Origin: Lytechinus pictus
Taxonomy: Eukaryota
Direction of reading: 5' to 3'
Assembly: GCF_037042905.1 (NCBI RefSeq)
Contig: NC_087251.1
Location: forward strand, 23,996,001-24,060,000
Length of the DNA: 64,000 bases
The translations under genes and the position numbers were made by a program. A model generated the notes under the pieces. It was given only the letters and a program-made list of their open reading frames with translations. It had not been told where the DNA came from and made no database searches. This document shows, in pieces, positions 1 to 9,819 of this stretch; position 1 is the stretch's first letter, and each line of letters starts with the position of its first letter.

Positions 1-103
1 AGACGGGGTCTAAAACACATAAATTTCCTGCGGGAATTTTAAGTGGCCGCTTTAAGCAGGTGGCCACTATAGACATGTGGCCACTGAGACAGGTTCAACT
101 GTA
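1..103. mobile_element. Right end of a Tc1/mariner-pogo-like non-autonomous DNA transposon (MITE), truncated by the window start
   Basis: Ends in ...ACAGGTTCAACTG|TA, the reverse complement of a TA|CAGTTGAACC pogo/Tigger-type terminus. Carries subterminal GTGGCC repeats. A decayed relative is at ~24650-24806. Confidence 0.55.
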
Positions 104-376
104 CATTTGAAAGCAGTGCCATGTTTTTTTCAGATGAGCTTCTAAATATCTTCAAAACAATATTTATTCAAATCACCTTTGCATTGCTATTAGTATGTAT
201 TTGTTTCTGTGAATGTAACATCAGTCCACAGACAGAACGCGTTATTTAGTATATTCACTTGTCTATTGATTTTTTTTCTGTCCAAGATTTTAAATACCTT
301 CGGTATATTTATTCCAATATTGAAAAATACAATCCATATTTAATCCACTTGCAAATCTCATTCAATAATGTGTACG

Positions 377-1588
377 TGTAAAGTATAGACCTTTCCATAA
401 TGATCAGAATATTTGGTAATAGGCAACACTCTCACCCCCCCCCCCCCTTCACTCCCCTCTACATTATCCTTGAATGTGTTTATGTTTAGCTCTAACAGGT
501 TTATGGGTAGGGTGGTCGACCCGAGGCCAACAGACGGTCACTGGGCAGCGTTCCCATTTGGGTCAGCGTAGTTTGTAATGAAATAGGATTAGTTTAGTCT
601 TGGTATAAGCTCATGGTCAGAAAGTCTATGGAATGTCAGTGTAGGATAGTGTAGATCTGTTTAGACTGAGATATTTTGTTGTGTATAGTTTATTAACTTA
701 GTCTTGTATGGCAGTAGAATTAGGGGAAACACAAGATGGTCAGTATTTTAGTACAAAAAGAGAACAGGACTTATGACGTGGCATGGAGAGCTGCTACATG
801 AATGGAACAGTGGAGATACATTTTTTTGCTTTGAAAAGGATTGGACAGAGTTGGATTGGATGTGAAGAGAAAGAGGACACAGTTTGGCAGTTGTGCTGGA
901 ATATTTAATATTGTGGTGAACCGTATATTGAGCATTTTGAGCAATTTATTCATTTTTATCCTGGAATTTGCCTTAGAAGAAGACATAAAGTTATACACAA
1001 CTTATTTGCCCCTCTGCACCCAAAAACGTTGGTATTGGAGTCAAAACATCTTGATAAACGCTATCCAGCTTGTGAGTATTTTTAAAGCAAATTATTGGAA
1101 ACAAAACCATTTGGAAATCGGAATCAATTAAGACGCTATCCTGATTTATGTTCTTTGATTGTGAACATTCGTTTTGGTCAACACTTAATAAGAGACGCTA
1201 TCCAGAGTATCTTCTTTAATTTTGGATCCCTTGAGATGCTATCCTGATCGATTATTGAGACATTTATTATAGGAGAGATTCCACACTTCCTTAGCTCCCG
1301 TTATATCCATATCATCAGACACTGAGAAACAAACTGCTTCCTTTTATTTTCTTTGGTTCTCATTGTGAATACTGACCGATCTATTTTTTGTTTAATATTA
1401 TTTAATACATTATTTGAGTTTGTTTTCTGATTCTGTCCAAGTCGTAATATTACATTTTTGTTACCTGTATAGCCTTGTATCTTTATAGCCTTGAATATAT
1501 ATATCCCCAGTTATTCTACAAAGCCTGTTTGACTTTGTTTTTGTTTGACTCCTTGACTACAGAAAAGTATGTTAGTTTGAACCTTACA
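377..1588 (+). repeat. 5' LTR (1212 bp)
   Basis: TGTAAAGT...ACCTTACA, an imperfect 8-bp terminal inverted repeat. Direct repeat of 7414-8624; the same small ORFs recur at offset 7036. Confidence 0.97.
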
Positions 1589-1593
1589 TAATT

Positions 1594-1613
1594 TGGTGTC
1601 AGAAGTGGGATTC
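1594..1613 (+). promoter_or_regulatory. Primer-binding site complementary to the 3' end of tRNA-Leu (probably CAA isoacceptor)
   Basis: TGGTGTCAGAAGTGGGATTC, 5 nt after the 5' LTR. Its reverse complement GAATCCCACTTCTGACACCA matches the metazoan tRNA-Leu T-arm/acceptor/CCA end as I recall it. Confidence 0.88.
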
Positions 1614-1739
1614 TAGTCAAGGAATATAATATTTAAGGCTACCCAGTAGTGTTTTTATTGCTATTCTTGATTTAAAACATTATATTACCTATTATCATTT
1701 CCTCCTCCTCCATTTCGTAGACAATTTCTAAACTGTAGG

Positions 1740-2693
1740 ATGGCCACAGAAGGTAATAACGGGGGTGCCCCCATCTCTTCCTCAAACCAAGGCACATCTC
1801 AAATAGTGCCGCTCCCTTACTTTCCATTATATGTAACAGTACCAATTTTCAGTGGGGACAACCTTGAAGCCACTCAGGGGATAGAGGGGTGGATTGCAAG
1901 AGTGGAGGCAGCCTACAAAGCATGGAATATCCCCGAGGACCAGAAATCACAGGTCATCATCCATCACCTCGCAGGAGAGGCCCGCAGGGAGGTGATGGTT
2001 TTAGATGGTGTGTCACGGGCAGACCCTTCTAAAATATTTGAAGCTCTTCGAGATATCTACGGAGAGAAAGAGACATTGGCATCCTTACACAATAAACTCC
2101 ATGGACGACATCAAAGGCCCGATGAGACAACAAGACAGTTTGCCTTGGCTCTCCAAGAGCTCACAGGGAAGATTGAGAGTAAGTCGAAAATACCCAACGT
2201 GGATGAGGTGTTGTGCGGATGCTTCCTTGAAGGGATGCGCCAGGGTCCCGTGAAGATCGCTGTCAGCCGATTCGCTCGTCGGAAGGGGGCTATCTCGTTT
2301 AGGATGCTCAAGGAGGAGGCAAGGAGGATAGAAGCGGAGGAAGTTATGTCAGGCCGCAGTGAGTGTGGTCTGGCGGAGGCATCCGTTTTCAAAACAGATG
2401 GGGTCAGCAGCTCGGCAAGTAGTGATGTTCCCTTCACCCTTTCTCAACTGACTGAGGAGCTGAAGGCCCTTCGGATTACTGTGACCGAGCTGAGTCAGCA
2501 GGTGGCCAAGAGAGGCAGAGGACCTGGGAATCAGCAGGGAGGAAAGACCAGGAACCAGAGCTGGGATGACCAAGGTCGCCCAAGGTGTTTCCACTGCAAC
2601 GAGTGGGGACACATGGCCCGAAACTGTACGCGACAGAGAACAGAGTCGTCAGTTACAAGCTCACGTCAACCATCTGGCCAGGATTTAAACTAA
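1740..2693 (+). CDS. gag: Gag (PNMA-like capsid plus CCHC zinc knuckle), 317 aa
   Basis: Capsid-like motifs PIFSG..IEGWI and W.IPEDQK...HLAGEAR; MHR-like QRPDETTRQFALAL; knuckle CFHCNEWGHMARNC; ATG in aggATGG context. Confidence 0.95.
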   Translation: MATEGNNGGAPISSSNQGTSQIVPLPYFPLYVTVPIFSGDNLEATQGIEGWIARVEAAYKAWNIPEDQKSQVIIHHLAGEARREVMVLDGVSRADPSKIFEALRDIYGEKETLASLHNKLHGRHQRPDETTRQFALALQELTGKIESKSKIPNVDEVLCGCFLEGMRQGPVKIAVSRFARRKGAISFRMLKEEARRIEAEEVMSGRSECGLAEASVFKTDGVSSSASSDVPFTLSQLTEELKALRITVTELSQQVAKRGRGPGNQQGGKTRNQSWDDQGRPRCFHCNEWGHMARNCTRQRTESSVTSSRQPSGQDLN

Positions 2694-5600
2694 TTGGGAC
2701 CGTCGCCATGAGCCAAGCGACAGGATCCGCCCCTACCAGGGCTCACAACGTGAAATACCAAAACCTTGTAGGTGGACAATTGTTTACGACAGTCAAGATA
2801 GAGGGCTTCGCGACAGAGTGTTTAATAGATACTGGATCTCAAGTAACATTAATCTCTAAGGACTTTGTGTATTCTTGCTTGGGAACACCCCTTGATGGAT
2901 CACTGCCTTGGCTTAGTCTCAAAGGGATTAATAGACAAAAGCTTCCCTACCTTGGTGTGCTGAATTTGACATTCACAATTTGTGGTAGGGAATTTCAAAA
3001 TGTTGGCGTAATTGTGGTCAGTGATATCAGCACCAGTAAGGCCCAATGCCTTATTGGAACAAACCTCATCACTAGGTGCAGAAGTCTTCTTGACGTACCC
3101 GCTGAGAGAATTGAACACCCAATGTCTCCAGGCTTAGTTGCAGCAATAAAGATGGTGGATACTCAAGAAGCACTTGTTCATGCAAAATGGGTTCGGACAG
3201 TTGGAAAAGGAGAGGTGGTGGTACCAGCGGAGACTGAAGTAGTGTTGAAGGGCAGATGTCTAACGAACCTACACCTTACAAATGGTATGACCGCCATCCT
3301 TGAACCAGTAGACCCAAAGGACCTTCCTGGGGGTCTTATGGTAGCCCGGACTGTAGTAACTGTGAAAAGGGGCTACCTACCTGTAAGAGTAGTAAACTAT
3401 AGTAGACAGCCAGTTAGATTGACCAGAAATGTCAGACTGGGAAGCCTTGAATCATTGGACAAAACTCAAGTCAACATCCTGCCCAGGGATACTCCACTAC
3501 TTGAGCAGGGAACCAAAGATGACATGATTGACATTTCTTCTCAGTCCCTCAAAAGGAAGGGAGAGGAATGCAAAGAAGGTGGATATGAAGCCATGATACA
3601 CCATATCGAGGGAGTGGATAACACAGACACAGACCCATGTAGAGTGCCCATTGAGAATACTATCCCAGACGTGGATATTCAGCAGAATCTTGAGCCGGAA
3701 GAGCTTGAAGCAGTACACAAGCTGTTGACAAGACATCGGGAGGTGTTTTCGGCTAGAGAAGGGGATTATGGCCGAACTGACACCATAACACATACAATCC
3801 CCACTGGTGACACCCAGCCTTTCAAAGAGAGATTCCGACGAATCCCACCACAGCTGTATGCAGAAGTGAAACAGCACATCAACCAACTACTGGAGAAAGA
3901 CGTCATCCAAGAGAGCCACAGTCCTTGGGCATCTCCAATGGTCCTTGTTAGGAAAAAGGATGGCACTATACGTCTCTGTGTAGATTACCGGAAACTCAAT
4001 GCACACACCAGAAAGGATGCTTTTCCATTGCCCCGTATTGAGGAGTCCCTAGATGCGTTGGGTGGGGCAAAGTATTTCTCCACTCTGGACCTCGCCAGTG
4101 GCTACTGGCAAGTGGAGGTTCGCCCCGAGGATATACCAAAGACAGCATTCACCACACCAATGGGTCTTTACGAGTTCAACAGGATGCCTTTTGGACTCAG
4201 CAATGCTCCAGCCACATTTCAGCGACTGATGGAGCGTTGCTTAGGTGACCAGAACTACCAGTCCCTCCTCATCTACCTGGATGACATAATCATCTTCTCT
4301 AAGGACTTCAAAACCCATCTGGAAAGGTTGGACCTTGTGTTTACACGATTGACGAACCATGGACTGAAACTCAAACCATCAAAGTGCAAGATACTCAAAT
4401 CCGAAGTGCAGTATCTTGGGCACGTCATATCAGCAGAGGGAATAGCAACGGATCCAACTAAGTGCTCTACTCTGGAGAACTGGAAGGTTCCCACTACAAA
4501 GAAGGAAGTTAGACAGTTCCTTGGGTTTGTTGGTTATTACAGGAGGTTTGTGAAGGACTTCTCCAAGATTGCAAAACCTCTATTCAGCCTAACAGGACAA
4601 CTAAAGAAAAAGCGCAATCACCAAACGAACCATGGAAACCCCTTCTTGTGGACAGATGAGTGTCAAACAGCCTTCGACACACTACGCAAGTGCCTCATGT
4701 CACCGCCAATCTTAGCATTCCCAGACTTCCAGAGACCCTTCAAATTGTACACGGATGCAAGCAACTCAGGGCTTGGTGCTGTCCTAGCCCAAGAGATAGA
4801 TGGGTCAGAGAAGGTAATCGCTTATGCTAGCCGTGGACTGAGAAAGTCTGAGAGGAATGACGCTAACTATAGTGCCTTCAAACTGGAACTTCTTGCTTTG
4901 AAATGGGCAGTGACTGAAAAATACAAGGACTACCTGACTGGCTCCAGAGTTGATATATTCACGGACCACAACCCCCTGGTACATCTGGACACTGCTGACC
5001 TTGGTGCAGTGGGACAAAGATGGATGGCAAAATTATCTAACTTCAACTTCAGGATACATTACCGGCCTGGGAAACTCAATGCCAACGCAGATGTGCTGTC
5101 ACGTTTGGCACAGCCTCTAGACTCAGACTCAGAACAAGGTGATGAGGTTGAAGTTTTCCAATTAGAGACTCAGCCAATCTTAGAAGGGAGTCAGATTCTT
5201 CCAGGTATATCTGCCGAGGATATTGCACAGCAACAGAAGCAGGACCCAGTGATTTCAGTAGTGCTGGAACACTACCTGACACAGAGAAGGCCAACCTTAC
5301 CACATCGGAAAGGGTACAGCAAGGAGGTGCAAAAACTCCTGAACCAGTGGGAGCGGCTGTCGTTAGAGAATGGAGTTCTTCATCGTCGTCGCTTCGATAA
5401 GAAAGTAGGAAGGGAAACTCTACAGACCATACTGCCTTCGTCGCTTCAAAATATGACTCTCAACGCTCTCCACAATGAAATGGGACATTTCAGTGTTGCC
5501 AAAACCACTTCTTTGGTAGAAGAGCGGTTCTACTGGCCGTTCATGAGAGACGCCATCACACGGTGGTGCTCTCAGTGTAAGGAGTGTTCCTTACGAAGAC

Positions 5601-7012
5601 CGCAGCGTGGAATCAAGGCGCCCCTTGTGCCATTCATTGTGTCAGCACCTCTCGAACTTGTGGCTGTGGATTATCTCTCCCTAGAACGCTCTGCGGACGG
5701 GTATGAAAATGTGCTGGTGATTACAGACCATTTCACGAAGTTCTGTGTTGCAGTCCCAACCCGCAACCAAACGGCAATCACCACTGCCCGCGCTCTCTGG
5801 AAGCATTTCGTTCTCCCCTATGGATTCCCAAGCAGGGTACACTCAGACCAGGGTGCTAATTTTGAGTCCAGGCTTATTCAAGAGCTTTGCAACCTCTACG
5901 GTGCCAGGAAGAGTCGAACCACCCCGTATCATCCAGCTGGCAATGGGCAGGTCGAGAGGTTCAACAGAACCCTCATAAGCATGGTAAGGGCCCTGGAAGA
6001 TGAAAAGAAACGACGCTGGCCTGACCACCTCCACTCGCTAGTGTACAGTTATAATAACACCGCTCATTCTTCCACGGGATACACCCCCTTCTACCTTATG
6101 TTTGGAAGGCATGCACGCCTCCCTCTCGATGTAACACTCGGACTGGAAACAAATTCTGACCGGGAGAGGACCATTCCAGAGTGGATTCAAGAACACCATG
6201 CAGCATTCCACACTGCATACCAAATATCGGGGGCACAATTAGAAAAAACAGCAGAAGTCAGATGCAAACTCTACAACAGCAAAGTCACGGATCAACCCCT
6301 CCTTCCAGGCGAACGAGTTCTCTTGCGTGATCACGACCCAAGACGTCCTCGCAAGATACACAACAAGTGGAAACCCACCCCCTATATTGTGTTGGGGGTC
6401 CCACATAATGGTGTCCCAACCTATCGGATAGTGCGCGAAGACGGGTCTGGAGATCCAAAAGTTGTCCACAGGAACGAAATTAAGCCCTGCATCTTCCACC
6501 AGCAAGGAGATAACCAGAATGAGTCTCTAACATCAGTCAACCAGGACACGCTGCCAACAACAGCACACAGTCACAGCCGAGGTAACCCATTACTGGATTA
6601 CACACCACTTATCGTCCCTCCACACACAGAAGAATCTCAAGAGAATGCTCCTTCACCTCTTACGTCCCCCCTCTCTGAGAAATCACGGCTGACACCCCCT
6701 GAAACAAGTAAGGAAAGTCCCCATGAAAACACAGAAAACGTCTTGACCTTACGTCCCCTACCTCCTTCGGAACCAGACCCCCGAATTATTCGAAAATCAG
6801 GTAGATCAAATTTGGGTGTGCCACCTTCCAGATATGATGCATCTTCTAACACGGTAAATGCAAATTGGCAGTCTCCCGTATTAGGCCTAAGTCAAGAATG
6901 GCTAAACAAGGGAATTTTCACAGCTGTAACAGAAGATTTCTTCTGGGATAGGGTTAGATATAACTTATCTTGGCAAAAGAGTCTGGCTGCACTGAGCCAA
7001 CGACTTGAATAG
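2585..7012 (+). CDS. pol: Pol polyprotein (aspartic protease, RT, RNase H, integrase), in the -1 frame to gag and probably entered by frameshift at ~2690 rather than at the ORF-track start
   Basis: LIDTGSQ (PR); LCVDYRKLN, MPFGL and YLDD (RT); LYTDAS, ELLALKWAV and TDHNPL (RNase H); H-x4-H...C-x2-C, VAVDY, HSDQG and ERFNRTL (integrase). No stop codons over 1475 codons. Confidence 0.97.
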   Translation: MFPLQRVGTHGPKLYATENRVVSYKLTSTIWPGFKLIGTVAMSQATGSAPTRAHNVKYQNLVGGQLFTTVKIEGFATECLIDTGSQVTLISKDFVYSCLGTPLDGSLPWLSLKGINRQKLPYLGVLNLTFTICGREFQNVGVIVVSDISTSKAQCLIGTNLITRCRSLLDVPAERIEHPMSPGLVAAIKMVDTQEALVHAKWVRTVGKGEVVVPAETEVVLKGRCLTNLHLTNGMTAILEPVDPKDLPGGLMVARTVVTVKRGYLPVRVVNYSRQPVRLTRNVRLGSLESLDKTQVNILPRDTPLLEQGTKDDMIDISSQSLKRKGEECKEGGYEAMIHHIEGVDNTDTDPCRVPIENTIPDVDIQQNLEPEELEAVHKLLTRHREVFSAREGDYGRTDTITHTIPTGDTQPFKERFRRIPPQLYAEVKQHINQLLEKDVIQESHSPWASPMVLVRKKDGTIRLCVDYRKLNAHTRKDAFPLPRIEESLDALGGAKYFSTLDLASGYWQVEVRPEDIPKTAFTTPMGLYEFNRMPFGLSNAPATFQRLMERCLGDQNYQSLLIYLDDIIIFSKDFKTHLERLDLVFTRLTNHGLKLKPSKCKILKSEVQYLGHVISAEGIATDPTKCSTLENWKVPTTKKEVRQFLGFVGYYRRFVKDFSKIAKPLFSLTGQLKKKRNHQTNHGNPFLWTDECQTAFDTLRKCLMSPPILAFPDFQRPFKLYTDASNSGLGAVLAQEIDGSEKVIAYASRGLRKSERNDANYSAFKLELLALKWAVTEKYKDYLTGSRVDIFTDHNPLVHLDTADLGAVGQRWMAKLSNFNFRIHYRPGKLNANADVLSRLAQPLDSDSEQGDEVEVFQLETQPILEGSQILPGISAEDIAQQQKQDPVISVVLEHYLTQRRPTLPHRKGYSKEVQKLLNQWERLSLENGVLHRRRFDKKVGRETLQTILPSSLQNMTLNALHNEMGHFSVAKTTSLVEERFYWPFMRDAITRWCSQCKECSLRRPQRGIKAPLVPFIVSAPLELVAVDYLSLERSADGYENVLVITDHFTKFCVAVPTRNQTAITTARALWKHFVLPYGFPSRVHSDQGANFESRLIQELCNLYGARKSRTTPYHPAGNGQVERFNRTLISMVRALEDEKKRRWPDHLHSLVYSYNNTAHSSTGYTPFYLMFGRHARLPLDVTLGLETNSDRERTIPEWIQEHHAAFHTAYQISGAQLEKTAEVRCKLYNSKVTDQPLLPGERVLLRDHDPRRPRKIHNKWKPTPYIVLGVPHNGVPTYRIVREDGSGDPKVVHRNEIKPCIFHQQGDNQNESLTSVNQDTLPTTAHSHSRGNPLLDYTPLIVPPHTEESQENAPSPLTSPLSEKSRLTPPETSKESPHENTENVLTLRPLPPSEPDPRIIRKSGRSNLGVPPSRYDASSNTVNANWQSPVLGLSQEWLNKGIFTAVTEDFFWDRVRYNLSWQKSLAALSQRLE
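2684..2745 (+). promoter_or_regulatory. Predicted -1 ribosomal frameshift signal: T_TTA_AAC plus a downstream pseudoknot
   Basis: X_XXY_YYZ heptamer at 2684-2690 in the gag frame, immediately before the gag TAA. A 6-nt spacer follows. GTCGC(2702-06) pairs with GCGAC(2717-21), and loop TGAGCC(2709-14) pairs with GGCTCA(2740-45). Confidence 0.8.
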
Positions 7013-7398
7013 ACAGCGAGTTGGTAGAAGATAGTTGATAGATACTAACATTATTGGTATCTCTGCCAAAGTGGCAATTAAGTGACATATTTGTATGCAT
7101 TACGTTTGCATATGTGGGTATTTAGTTGATTTTGTGTTTTGTCGATTGCGATGTCATTCTTTTTTCTTTAACTATCATTTCCTCTCTCTTTTCCTTTCCA
7201 TATTATGTATTTTGTAAATAACTGTAAATATTTTCCAGTTCTTGCATAACACTGTGTTTTATTTTTGGGTTAGGTTCATTAACTAACTTGTATTTTGGAG
7301 AGAACTTCTGTATGTAATTAGTCTTGTAGATTAGAAAGCTTGCAAATACTAGCAGCAATGTATATATTTCGTCATGACATGTGGAAGTCATGACTTTT

Positions 7399-7411
7399 GA
7401 AAGCAGGGAGG
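7399..7411 (+). promoter_or_regulatory. Polypurine tract
   Basis: GAAAGCAGGGAGG, 2 nt upstream of the 3' LTR. Confidence 0.8.
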
Positions 7412-7413
7412 TG

Positions 7414-8624
7414 TGTAAAGTATAGACCTTTCCATAATGATCAGAATATTTGGTAATAGGCAACACTCTCACCCCCCCCCCCCTTCACTCCCCTCTACAT
7501 TATCCTTGAATGTGTTTATGTTTAGCTCTAACAGGTTTATGGGTAGGGTGGTCGACCCGAGGCCAACAGACGGTCACTGGGCAGCGTTCCCATTTGGGTC
7601 AGCGTAGTTTGTAATGAAATAGGATTAGTTTAGTCTTGGTATAAGCTCATGGTCAGAAAGTCTATGGAATGTCAGTGTAGGATAGTGTAGATCTGTTTAG
7701 ACTGAGATATTTTGTTGTGTATAGTTTATTAACTTAGTCTTGTATGGCAGTAGAATTAGGGGAAACACAAGATGGTCAGTATTTTAGTACAAAAAGAGAA
7801 CAGGACTTATGACGTGGCATGGAGAGCTGCTACATGAATGGAACAGTGGAGATACATTTTTTTGCTTTGAAAAGGATTGGACAGAGTTGGATTGGATGTG
7901 AAGAGAAAGAGGACACAGTTTGGCAGTTGTGCTGGAATATTTAATATTGTGGTGAACCGTATATTGAGCATTTTGAGCAATTTATTCATTTTTATCCTGG
8001 AATTTGCCTTAGAAGAAGACATAAAGTTATACACAACTTATTTGCCCCTCTGCACCCAAAAACGTTGGTATTGGAGTCAAAACATCTTGATAAACGCTAT
8101 CCAGCTTGTGAGTATTTTTAAAGCAAATTATTGGAAACAAAACCATTTGGAAATCGGAATCAATTAAGACGCTATCCTGATTTATGTTCTTTGATTGTGA
8201 ACATTCGTTTTGGTCAACACTTAATAAGAGACGCTATCCAGAGTATCTTCTTTAATTTTGGATCCCTTGAGATGCTATCCTGATCGATTATTGAGACATT
8301 TATTATAGGAGAGATTCCACACTTCCTTAGCTCCCGTTATATCCATATCATCAGACACTGAGAAACAAACTGCTTCCTTTTATTTTCTTTGGTTCTCATT
8401 GTGAATACTGACCGATCTATTTTTTGTTTAATATTATTTAATACATTATTTGAGTTTGTTTTCTGATTCTGTCCAAGTCGTAATATTACATTTTTGTTAC
8501 CTGTATAGCCTTGTATCTTTATAGCCTTGAATATATATATCCCCAGTTATTCTACAAAGCCTGTTTGACTTTGTTTTTGTTTGACTCCTTGACTACAGAA
8601 AAGTATGTTAGTTTGAACCTTACA
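7414..8624 (+). repeat. 3' LTR (1211 bp)
   Basis: Copy of 377-1588. The only difference I found by eye is C12 versus C13 in a homopolymer. Followed by TSD TACG. Confidence 0.97.
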
Positions 8625-9819
8625 TACGCACCATTGCACTATAGGTTTGATTACATCTGTGATGATTCATGTCAATCTGTATATGAATTATCTCATTTGG
8701 ATGGGGGTCTGCATAATATTTGATCACAATGCCTGCAAACATAGTTTCCCAACATGCCCTGACAGGGGGCACTATTCCAAAAGAAGAAAATATTGATGAG
8801 AGGAGTAAATTGCTGTTCACTTAGCTAAGAGTCTGGTGGAGCCGGTAAGTGTTGCAATGCTGGCTGGTTTAGGGATGCAGTCATCGTTAGCAAGATGGCA
8901 TTAACAGGCCTTAATTGTTCTAGTTGGATGCTGGAGATTGAGGCAAATCAATATGTGTGTCGCCACCGAGGTTCCGGAATAGCGGGGAACGGCAGAGGGG
9001 AAATTGATAGAAAAAGAAGATATGAATGATGGTGTCAGATTACGGATAGATAGAAGGTGGGATTCCTGAATTCAAAAGTATCAAACAGGAATTGTGCTTT
9101 TCAGAAAATCGGTGCAGTCTCCCCTTCATATTCCTACTCAAATATAGCAGCATGATTGATTCCTAATCATATTCAGGTATGAAATATTCTTAGCGAATAA
9201 TGAATCAGCAAAATCACAGATATGACAATAATCAATAAGTTGAGGCAACAAATTTTCCAGTTTTTATTGCTCTTGAAGACTGGGGCATAAGTGAGGTGTG
9301 AAAACTCTGAATCCATTCTGTATTGCTTTCAGCACGATTTAATTAACTATTTTAAGTCCCCAACTATCATGAAGGATCTATTTCTTCATTTTTTTGTTAC
9401 AAATTGGTAATATGGTTGCCAGTTTTATTACCATAAGATATGATAAAAGGGAAGAACAGTAAGTCCATTTACATCAGCTAGACTTATTCATCTGTTGATC
9501 CAAGTTAGAACAATTTGAAATTTCTTCTAATTTAAGTGGGGGGGGGTGAAAAAATAGATCACCCTCACCTCCTGTACAATAGGTTCACCATCACCACTTG
9601 GATTTACACCTGTGGTAGAAGATGCGCTGGATGAAAAATTCAGACCATCGCACTTTATTCAAGCATAGAGCCCAGAGTAGTCATTACTTGATAATTGCCC
9701 AAGGTCATATTCTGTGCTTCACCAGGATCCCAAAATTCATGGGAATGATTTTTTTTAATCTTGAGATTTTTCTCCAGATTGGCTGATCATTGTAAGAATC
9801 TTGAGATTGGGCAAACTTT

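Larger units (their letters stand above)
377..8624 (+). mobile_element. Full-length intact Ty3/Gypsy (Metaviridae) LTR retrotransposon, 8248 bp
   Basis: Two TG...CA LTRs; 4-bp TSD TACG (373-376 and 8625-8628); PBS; PPT; gag and pol ORFs with domain order PR-RT-RNaseH-IN. Confidence 0.98.

Noticed and set aside
771..1131. Small ORFs in the LTRs (also 7807-8167) as accessory or env genes
   Set aside because: Short, with non-ATG or weak starts and no recognisable motifs. They are duplicated only because the LTR is. No env-sized ORF lies between pol and the 3' LTR.
2005..6852. Antisense and alternative-frame ORFs overlapping gag/pol
   Set aside because: Expected shadow ORFs of a long coding region; no motifs.
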